DNA of 41,247 nucleotides from NCBI GenBank assembly GCA_964470745.1, contig CAYYEC010000001.1, forward strand, positions 1 through 41,247, read 5' to 3'. Source of the stretch: an uncultured Eubacteriales bacterium. GTDB taxonomy: Bacteria; Bacillota; Clostridia; DSM-8532; CAYYEC01. The notes beneath the pieces were generated by a model. The model was not told where the DNA came from, made no database searches, and worked only from the letters and a program-made list of their open reading frames with translations. Made by a program: the position numbers and the translations under genes. How positions within the stretch are numbered: position 1 is the stretch's first letter; every line of letters starts with the position of its first letter. Below, piece after piece: positions 28,819-35,810 of the stretch.

Positions 28819-29949
28819 ATGATTTACAATGAATTTCAGGAACTTAAGTTATCTGAGTTAGGTATGGGAGCGATGCGGCTTCCGGTTATCGATGACGATT
28901 ATGGGAAAATCAATCAGGCAGAAACCGAAAAAATGGTCGCTTCGGCAATGGAAAAAGGGATTAATTATTATGATACCGCATGGGGGTATCATGAAGGGCA
29001 GTCGGAAATTGCACTAGGAAAAGCTTTAAAGAAGTACCCCCGGGAAAGCTTTTATTTGGCTACAAAGTTTCCGGGTTACGACTTGTCTAATATGGATAAG
29101 GTTGAAGAGATATTTGAAGAGCAGCTGAAAAAGTGTGGTGTCGAATATTTTGATTTCTATTTGTTTCACAATGTATGTGAGCTCAATATTGATGCATATT
29201 TAGACCCGCAATATGGTATATTTGACTATCTGATGAAACAAAAAGAAAATGGGAGAATATGCCATCTCGGCTTTTCAGTCCATGGGGATTATGACGTTTG
29301 TAGAAGATTCCTGAATGCCTATGGCAATCATATGGAGTTTTGTCAGATTCAATTGAATTATCTTGACTGGACGTTCCAAAATGCCAAAGCAAAAGTTGAG
29401 CTGGCAGAAAAATATAATATACCTGTTTGGGTGATGGAACCTTTGCGAGGTGGAAGCCTTTGTAGCCTCCCAGACCAATATGAAGAAAGATTAAAAGACC
29501 TTCGGCCTGATGAAACCATGACATCATGGGCATTTCGTTTTTTGCAATCAGTGCCTGGTGTAAAAGTAGTATTGTCTGGTATGTCAAATTTTTCACAGCT
29601 GGTTGAAAATATAGAAACATTCAGCGAATATAAACCGTTAAACATTGAAGAAAAAGAAACATTGTTTGACATAGCAAAAGAAATGACAGAAAGCAAAACG
29701 GTTCCGTGTACGGCTTGCCGATATTGTACTAGTCATTGCCCTCAAGGATTGGATATTCCTGCGTTGCTTTCATTATATAATGAGTATATCTTTACTGCAG
29801 GAGGATTTATTGCGCCCATGGCAATACAAGCATTACCTGAAGATAAAAGACCTAGCGCTTGTATTGGGTGCAGAGGTTGTGAAGATTTTTGCCCTCAGAA
29901 TATTAAAATATCTGAGGTTTTTGCTGATTTTACTAAGAAGTTAATTTAA
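28819..29949 (+). CDS. Aldo/keto reductase with C-terminal 2x[4Fe-4S]-type cysteine motifs
   Basis: LGMGAMRLP...YYDTAWGYHEGQSE...; C-terminal CTACRYCTSHCP and CIGCRGCEDFCP. Confidence 0.85.
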   Translation: MIYNEFQELKLSELGMGAMRLPVIDDDYGKINQAETEKMVASAMEKGINYYDTAWGYHEGQSEIALGKALKKYPRESFYLATKFPGYDLSNMDKVEEIFEEQLKKCGVEYFDFYLFHNVCELNIDAYLDPQYGIFDYLMKQKENGRICHLGFSVHGDYDVCRRFLNAYGNHMEFCQIQLNYLDWTFQNAKAKVELAEKYNIPVWVMEPLRGGSLCSLPDQYEERLKDLRPDETMTSWAFRFLQSVPGVKVVLSGMSNFSQLVENIETFSEYKPLNIEEKETLFDIAKEMTESKTVPCTACRYCTSHCPQGLDIPALLSLYNEYIFTAGGFIAPMAIQALPEDKRPSACIGCRGCEDFCPQNIKISEVFADFTKKLI

Positions 29950-30094
29950 GAATAAACAGTTGATGAAAATTTTCATATCATGTTCGTTAACTTCCTTTAC
30001 GACACGATATAAGAATCATTAGGAATAATTTTTTTATTATTATAAAAATCCATTCACTCTGCTCGATGATTATTAAAGGACCCGGAGTAGTACC

Positions 30095-30155
30095 ATTTTA
30101 ACCCATTGTATCAATAATACTTTCAGATAATATGTTTTGCTTTATGGGTTAAAAT
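30095..30155. repeat. Perfect 12-bp inverted repeat ATTTTAACCCAT / ATGGGTTAAAAT just upstream of the BCCT promoter
   Basis: Arms at 30095-30106 and 30144-30155, 37 nt apart. Confidence 0.6.
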
Positions 30156-30162
30156 ATTCGAT

Positions 30163-30191
30163 TTGAAATTACTATTATAATGTGTTATAAT
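30163..30191 (+). promoter_or_regulatory. Promoter TTGAAA-17-TATAAT (TG-extended) for the BCCT leader
   Basis: Hexamers at 30163-30168 and 30186-30191, with TGT immediately 5' of the -10. Confidence 0.65.
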
Positions 30192-30405
30192 TTACTAACG
30201 AGTTCTAAGTGAAGTAGATAATGTGAGTATTTGAATTGCGAGCTGGGATATGCATTAGTAGATTTCAGTAAGTTTTTCTTAATAAAAAGAAAACATTATT
30301 GAAAAACATAACAAGGACTGGGGTCTGCATAGGTCCGTAATGGGGATATGCTATACTATTATGAATGGTATAATGTGAATCAATGCTATTGGTGAAGCTT
30401 AGGCA

Positions 30406-30442
30406 CTCTAACTCTTGAAATAAAAGAGTTAGAGTTTTTTTT
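30406..30442 (+). terminator. Leader terminator/attenuator upstream of the BCCT gene
   Basis: CTCTAACTCTT-GAAATAA-AAGAGTTAGAG (11 bp perfect) plus T8. Lies about 210 nt downstream of the promoter and 58 nt before the ATG. Confidence 0.8.
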
Positions 30443-30500
30443 GTTTTGCAGAGAAATTTTTAATTATTAAATTTAAAAGATTAGAAAGGGTGGTTAAAAT

Positions 30501-32081
30501 ATGAGTGAGGAAGTACAACGATTGAAAAAAGAACTACATGACAGAAATTTTACTAGGTTTGGGTTAGACTTAAATCTCGTAGTCAGCATATTATCAGCTA
30601 TTTTGCTAATTGGGTTTTCTGTTTATGCAATTGTAAATCTGGACAGAGCAGGTGACCAGTTAACAACATTTAAGGATATGATTATTGATAAATTTGATAC
30701 GGTATTTATATGGTCTGCAAATTGTTTTATTATAGCTCTTGTCATTATTGCAATCTCTAAGGCCGGTAAAATAAGGTTAGGAGGAAAGGATACAAAACCA
30801 CAGTTTTCTAGATTTTCCTGGTATGCAATGTTAATTTCAGCCGGTATGGGTATAGGTCTTATGTATTGGTCCGTTGGGGAACCTATTTTTCATGTTACTA
30901 GTTCTCCAATATTTTTCAGCAACAATTCTAATTATACAGCACTAGCAACAACATTTTTCCATTGGGGGATACATCCTTGGGCTATATATGGTATAATATC
31001 ATTAGCATTAAGTTACTTTACATTTAATAAAAAATTACCTCTTTCACCAAGATCATTTTTTTATCCAATACTTAAAGAACGTATATTTGGTGTTTTCGGA
31101 GATGTTATTGATACTTTGTCAGTATTAGCTGCATTGGCAGGTTTGGCAACTTCATTGGGATTGGGCGTGCAGCAGATTAATAGTGGATTAACACATTTAT
31201 TTGGCATTCCTAATAATATAACGATACAGGTAATATTAATTACTGTTATTACTTTTATAGCTACAATGTCGGTTGTATCAGGAATTGATAAAGGAGTCAA
31301 GTTTTTAAGTGAGCTTAATATTAAGGTTGCATTTATTCTAATGCTAATTGTTTTTTTAGTTGGTCCGACAATGTTAATTATTAAAAATTTATTTGGTGCA
31401 TCCGCACTATATCTTAAAGGTTTCTTAAAGGCTTCTATGTTTGTAAATAATATTGATGAAGTTTGGGCACATGGATGGACGATTTTTTATTGGGCATGGT
31501 GGATTTCTTGGAGCCCATTTGTTGGTATGTTTATTGCAAAAATATCGAAGGGACGTACTATCAGAGAGTTTATTACAGCGGTTTTAATTGTTCCAACAGT
31601 ATTATCAGTAATTTGGTTAACTGTATTTGGCACTACTGCGTTGCATTTAGATGCTCAAACAGCAGGTAGTATTAGTGAGGCTGTGAACTCCAATATATCT
31701 ACAGCGCTTTTTGTTATGATTCAGATGATTAATGCACCACTTTTTAGTAGTATATTAAAATTCATAGTAAATATTATTGGTGTATTTCTAGTTGTAACTT
31801 TTTTTGTAACATCAAGTGATTCCGGATCTTTAGTTGTAGATAGTCTTGCAAGTGGTGGAAAGATAAAATCCCCGGTTGGTCAGAGAATATTTTGGGCATT
31901 AATGGAAGGATTTATAGCAGCAGTGCTTTTATTAATTGGAGGAAGTAAAGCTTTATCTATCCTGCAAACTGCTGTAATTACAACCGGATTACCTTTTGCA
32001 ATTATAACTTTTATTGTTACAGTGATCTTAATATATGAATTAATTATTAAACCTTTTGTAAAAGATAGATTCATGGACTAA
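30501..32081 (+). CDS. BCCT family transporter (betaine/carnitine/choline type)
   Basis: 526 aa, 12 TM. Trp-rich TM8-like segment (WTIFYWAWWISWSPFVGMFIAKISKGRTIREF) is diagnostic of BCCT carriers. Confidence 0.9.
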   Translation: MSEEVQRLKKELHDRNFTRFGLDLNLVVSILSAILLIGFSVYAIVNLDRAGDQLTTFKDMIIDKFDTVFIWSANCFIIALVIIAISKAGKIRLGGKDTKPQFSRFSWYAMLISAGMGIGLMYWSVGEPIFHVTSSPIFFSNNSNYTALATTFFHWGIHPWAIYGIISLALSYFTFNKKLPLSPRSFFYPILKERIFGVFGDVIDTLSVLAALAGLATSLGLGVQQINSGLTHLFGIPNNITIQVILITVITFIATMSVVSGIDKGVKFLSELNIKVAFILMLIVFLVGPTMLIIKNLFGASALYLKGFLKASMFVNNIDEVWAHGWTIFYWAWWISWSPFVGMFIAKISKGRTIREFITAVLIVPTVLSVIWLTVFGTTALHLDAQTAGSISEAVNSNISTALFVMIQMINAPLFSSILKFIVNIIGVFLVVTFFVTSSDSGSLVVDSLASGGKIKSPVGQRIFWALMEGFIAAVLLLIGGSKALSILQTAVITTGLPFAIITFIVTVILIYELIIKPFVKDRFMD

Positions 32082-32084
32082 ATG

Positions 32085-32242
32085 AGAAACAAGAGGACGG
32101 TTCGAGACCACTGAAAAACACTTCCTAAAAATTTACACCATACTATATCTTGTAGAAATGATATAAGTATAACCACAACATATATAGTGTAATTTTTTGA
32201 AATAGAACTTTTTCAGCAGTCTCGAACCGTCTCATTGTTTTC
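32085..32242. repeat. Imperfect ~33-bp inverted repeat pair flanking ~90 nt (MITE/IS-end-like)
   Basis: GAGAAACAAGAGGACGGTTCGAGACCACTGAAAAA (32085-32119) versus the reverse complement of 32209-32242, GAAAACAATGAGACGGTTCGAGACTGCTGAAAAA. Confidence 0.6.
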
Positions 32243-32253
32243 TTAAAAAGAAA

Positions 32254-32370
32254 CTCGATGATACTGGTATGACACAAAGCATGTCAAGAGTTGCCCATTG
32301 CTTAGATAATGCTCCAATGGAGGGATTCTGGGGAATCCTAAAATCAGAAATGTATTACCTTCAAAAGTGA
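32254..32370 (+). pseudogene. IS3-family transposase (OrfB) C-terminal fragment
   Basis: ...GMTQSMSRVAHCLDNAPMEGFWGILKSEMYY matches the conserved SMSRKGNC.DNA.MESFFG.LK.E block of IS3/IS150 integrase domains. Confidence 0.65.
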
Positions 32371-32413
32371 ATTTTTCGCTAATATTCATATTACTCATCT
32401 CCTTCTATAATCA

Positions 32414-32635
32414 TTAATGGGGTAATATATTTACTTCCTTATAATTTAGCAGTTTGTTTATGTCTGCAACTTTATTAATTGTATTTATATTGACGAAGTG
32501 TTTAAAATTCCAGCTTACAATATAATCTATGTTTATAGCTGTAGCTAGTGCAATATGTCTCAGATCATCCTTACTTTTTTCCTTTAGTACAACGTCTAAA
32601 TAGGAAAAACGACTTTGACAAATTAATCCAAAATG
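32414..32635 (-). pseudogene. PIN-like toxin C-terminal fragment (no start codon)
   Basis: My own translation of the minus strand gives ...DDLRHIALATAINIDYIVSWNFKHFVNINTINKV...ILPH*. The D.lHiA.A...d.lvsWNfKH pattern fits a PIN-fold TA toxin family. Confidence 0.4.
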
Positions 32636-32639
32636 TTAC

Positions 32640-32985
32640 AATAGAAATAAGAAAGAAAAAACAGGAAATTAAGAATTATTCTAGGCAGCTTGCCAGAGGA
32701 ATGATTAATGAAGATATATTTGATGAGATGGTATCAGAAGCTAATCAGCAGTTGGAGAAGCAAGGGAAGTACTTACGGAAGCTTGAGCAGCAAAATGAGA
32801 GCTGTGAAAATGAAAAGGAATACCTTGTGAATAGTATTGAAGTCATTGAGGACATATTGCAGAATAATAAGCTGACTAATGCGGATATTGTAAACCTGAT
32901 TGATGACATTACCATATGGGAGACCGATGAGATTGGAGTTTATGGTAAGAAGAAGGTAAGGGTTGATATTGGGTGGAGAATATAA
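32640..32985 (+). pseudogene. Large serine recombinase C-terminal fragment (coiled-coil + DUF4368-like tail)
   Basis: Coiled-coil ...QQLEKQGKYLRKLEQQNE..., then LTNADIVNLIDDITIWETDE...KKVRVDIGWRI. No resolvase catalytic domain is present. Confidence 0.5.
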
Positions 32986-33132
32986 TATTTTGTTTTTGGT
33001 ATCGAAAAATATAAATTTGTATATAACTTTGCAAAAATGATTAGTGTAGAACAGTTAGATATTATGAACTTATAGAATAGTGAATTATTTAAAGTTTGGC
33101 GGTAAAAGGTTAATATTCTGTTGAGGATGGTA

Positions 33133-33894
33133 ATGAATATGAAAATACTTGCTATTATTGGAAGTTTGCGAAAAGCGAATACTTATCACGTAGTGCAAAA
33201 AATTGAACAATTACATAAAAAAATATCAGATTGTGAATATGAGTATATCTTTTTAAAAGACATCAATTTTGGACTCTGCAAAGGTTGCTTTACTTGCATA
33301 TCTAAAGGAGAGGAACACTGTCCGCTAAAGGATGATAGGGACTGGATTATTCAAAAAATTGAATCCTCTGACGGTGTGATATTGGCAAGCCCCAATTATG
33401 CTGCTAATGTTTCATGGCTGATGAAAAACTATATTGATAGATTTGCATATATCTGTCACAGACCGAAATACTTTAATCAAAAATTTATGCTTCTTGTAAC
33501 AAGTGGTAGTTATATGGGAGTTAAAAATGTAATGAAAGCACTATCTATCATGGTTTCAGGAGGTAAAATAATTAGTTGTCTCACTGTTTTTAATTCACCA
33601 AGCATGAATGATAAAAAGGCAAAAATACAGGCAACTAAAATCAAGAAGGTTGCAGAGAAATTTGCAAAATTGTTGAGTAAAAAGAAAGATTCAAAACCTC
33701 CTTTTTCATATCTTATTTGGTTCAGTGTTTTTAAAGCGTCATCTGTGATAAATCAAGAAGGTCTTCCTGCTGATTATCAATACTATAAAAATAGAGATTA
33801 TTTTATAGATTGCGAACTGAACACCTTTCAAAAAGTATCGATAAAGGTCTTCACACATTTCTTCCGCTTTATGATTAACAAAGGGTTTGTATAA
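33133..33894 (+). CDS. Flavodoxin-like fold NAD(P)H-dependent FMN reductase / iron-sulfur flavoprotein-like protein
   Basis: MKILAIIGSLRKANTY..., CKGCFTCISKGEEHCPLKDD, ILASPNYAANVSWLMKNYIDR. Start ambiguous (33133 or 33139). Confidence 0.75.
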   Translation: MNMKILAIIGSLRKANTYHVVQKIEQLHKKISDCEYEYIFLKDINFGLCKGCFTCISKGEEHCPLKDDRDWIIQKIESSDGVILASPNYAANVSWLMKNYIDRFAYICHRPKYFNQKFMLLVTSGSYMGVKNVMKALSIMVSGGKIISCLTVFNSPSMNDKKAKIQATKIKKVAEKFAKLLSKKKDSKPPFSYLIWFSVFKASSVINQEGLPADYQYYKNRDYFIDCELNTFQKVSIKVFTHFFRFMINKGFV

Positions 33895-34025
33895 CATCCT
33901 TGGCTCTTGATTTTCACATCACAAAAGGTAAATTTATGGAACGTAACCTATATGACATATTATTTATAAATTATGAAAGAACAATAGTATTATAACAAAT
34001 TGCCAATATCCATATAATAGATAAC

Positions 34026-34052
34026 TCAAAAAAACCACCAAATTGGTGGTTT
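34026..34052 (-). terminator. Rho-independent terminator (minus strand) directly after the tRNA-like 3' end
   Basis: The minus strand reads ACCACCA-ATT-TGGTGGT followed by TTTTTTT. Confidence 0.75.
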
Positions 34053-34056
34053 CAAT

Positions 34057-34115
34057 TGGCACGAGTGATGGGACTTGAAGCCATACGTCGTAGACACACG
34101 CCCCTCATGGTGGGG
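34057..34115 (-). pseudogene. tRNA 3'-half fragment (T-arm, acceptor 3' strand, CCA; no matching 5' half)
   Basis: The minus strand reads ...CCCCACCATGAGGGG...ATGGCTTCAAGTCCCATCACTCGTGCCA. This has a TTCAAGT T-loop and an encoded CCA. The T-stem has a mismatch and no complementary acceptor 5' strand lies upstream. Confidence 0.45.
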
Positions 34116-34333
34116 TTACATCAGTGTCGGTTTAAACATAATGTATTATTATACGAGTCAATAAAATCACTAATAGGATGACATCACTTTATGTGGTTTT
34201 TTAATTAAAAAAAAATAAATTTAGATATACTTGTTGCAAATAAGTAAAAACTATGGAAATATACGGATTTTTATTATATTATTAATTATAGTAGTGTGTA
34301 TCAAATAAATTAGGGAGAAGAGGTCTAGAAAAA

Positions 34334-34828
34334 ATGTGTATTAATGAAAAAATAGTTGAGATGCTTAAAAAGAACAAGTTATTGATTAGTACTATGGAAA
34401 GTTGTACAGGTGGTAATATTCTTAATCAAATTACAAATATTGAAGGTGCATCTAGGATCACAAATGGAGGGTTTGTTACTTATAGTAATCAACAAAAGAT
34501 AAAAATGGGAGTTTCTAAAGAAGTTATTGAAAAGTATGGTGTATATAGTCCAGAATGTGCTCGTGCAATGGCTAATGCGGCTTTGAATAATATTGTTTCG
34601 GATATAGGTATTGGTGTTACAGGTACATTTAGTAATCTTGACACTGATAACCTAAATAGTAATTTAGGGTTAATATTTTATTGTATAAGTTATAGTAATC
34701 GTATTAATAGAGTAAACAAGAGAATTAGTGAAGGACAAATTCAAGTGCCAAATATGCATAGGCATTTACAAAAACAATATGTTACAGATGTAATATTTAA
34801 TAGTCTATATGATTTACTCAGATATTAA
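34334..34828 (+). CDS. CinA C-terminal domain / PncC-like nicotinamide-nucleotide amidohydrolase
   Basis: LISTMESCTGGNILNQITNIEGASRITNGGFVTYSNQQKIKMGVS...GVYSPECARAMANAA follows the ESCTGG...GG.VTYSN..K...LGV...GAVS...A..MA signature of PncC/CinA-C. 164 aa. Confidence 0.8.
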   Translation: MCINEKIVEMLKKNKLLISTMESCTGGNILNQITNIEGASRITNGGFVTYSNQQKIKMGVSKEVIEKYGVYSPECARAMANAALNNIVSDIGIGVTGTFSNLDTDNLNSNLGLIFYCISYSNRINRVNKRISEGQIQVPNMHRHLQKQYVTDVIFNSLYDLLRY

Positions 34829-34915
34829 GTTGATTAATATTTTTTTAGAACTGAAAATTTTGCTTAAGGTATCAAATTTTCTTTGAGCTTAAATAAGTTT
34901 TGGGGGATAGTTTGT

Positions 34916-35710
34916 ATGAATAAAAAAAATCAAATAACTATAGTAATGCTATTAGGAATTTTAATACTTATAATTTCATTTTTTCTAAAAGAAAAAACTA
35001 TGTCTTTTGAAAGTTTCATCTTTCAAGCATTGTTTAATATTGCCTTTGTTTTAATAACTATTGCTTTAGTAAATGTCATTTGGGGCTTACTTGGAGGAGA
35101 ACCTTTAGAAAAAATGTTAGATGGATTGCGAAGCTCCATAAAACTGCTAGGGGATAGTACAGAAAGTGGTATTACTAGATTTTTGTATGCTAATGATAGA
35201 TATACTAGCAAAGATTGGCATGAAATTTTATGTAGAAGCAAATACAAGATAGATTTACTTGGCTATACATTGAATACTTGGTCGCGAATTGAGGGATTTG
35301 AAGAAGAACTAATAAATAGGGTTAAAGCAGGTGTAAAAATAAGGGTACTCTTTATGGATGAGAAAAATCCATTTTTAAATGCAAACATAAATTATGAACA
35401 AATCAAATCATTAAGCGTACCCATTGTTGAAAATGAGATATATTCTTCGACTGATTTTTTTTCTGATATAATGAAAAGATCAGTAGGTGAGAAAGGAGTT
35501 AAAGGTTCATTTGAAATGAGAAAAGTTAAGAAAGGTCTTATAATGAGTCAAATATGCATTTTTGATGATACATCGATAATAACACCATATTTGCACTCTG
35601 TAACAACACCACATAGTCCTCTTATTATAATAAAAGGACAGGAAAGTAGAGTGTTTAAAAAGTATCAGAAAGAGTTTGATTCATTTTGGGAATTAAATAA
35701 TAATAGATAA
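34916..35710 (+). CDS. 2TM membrane protein with C-terminal PLD-fold-like (DUF5919-like) domain lacking HKD
   Basis: Two hydrophobic helices (ITIVMLLGILILIISFFL; FNIAFVLITIALVNVIWGLLG). The soluble domain has KIDLLGYTLNTW / VKIRVLFMDEKNP / ICIFDDTSIITPYLH strands. ATG at 34916, 8 nt after GGGGGA. Confidence 0.55.
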   Translation: MNKKNQITIVMLLGILILIISFFLKEKTMSFESFIFQALFNIAFVLITIALVNVIWGLLGGEPLEKMLDGLRSSIKLLGDSTESGITRFLYANDRYTSKDWHEILCRSKYKIDLLGYTLNTWSRIEGFEEELINRVKAGVKIRVLFMDEKNPFLNANINYEQIKSLSVPIVENEIYSSTDFFSDIMKRSVGEKGVKGSFEMRKVKKGLIMSQICIFDDTSIITPYLHSVTTPHSPLIIIKGQESRVFKKYQKEFDSFWELNNNR

Positions 35711-35810
35711 AGAATACAATTTATCTATTATTGATCTTTAATTTGGATGAAGATGTTGACAAACGTTTATTACAGTTCTGTGTGAATGGTAAAATTATGG
35801 AGTTATAAAA

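Noticed and set aside
29183-29696. Three minus-strand ORFs within the aldo/keto reductase gene; also 26510-26722, 26815-27006, 27381-27635, 31061-31300, 31463-31669, 31880-32074, 35023-35247, 38544-38726 and 40726-40950
   Set aside because: They are antisense or alternative-frame ORFs inside genes with clear family signatures. No SD or motif support.
30198-30443. Assigning the BCCT leader to a known riboswitch class (T-box, glycine, c-di-AMP ydaO-type)
   Set aside because: I could not find the conserved cores of these classes: the T-box GGUGGNACCGCG-like sequence, the glycine GGAGAG/CACCG elements, or the ydaO GGGGACCCA / GGGGUGAAUC-type motifs. It is left as unclassified.
34057-34140. An intact tRNA gene on the minus strand
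   Set aside because: No acceptor 5' strand complementary to CACTCGT and no D-arm could be found. The putative anticodon loop (ACCATGA) lacks the conserved U33, and the T-stem has a mismatch. It is treated as a 3' fragment.
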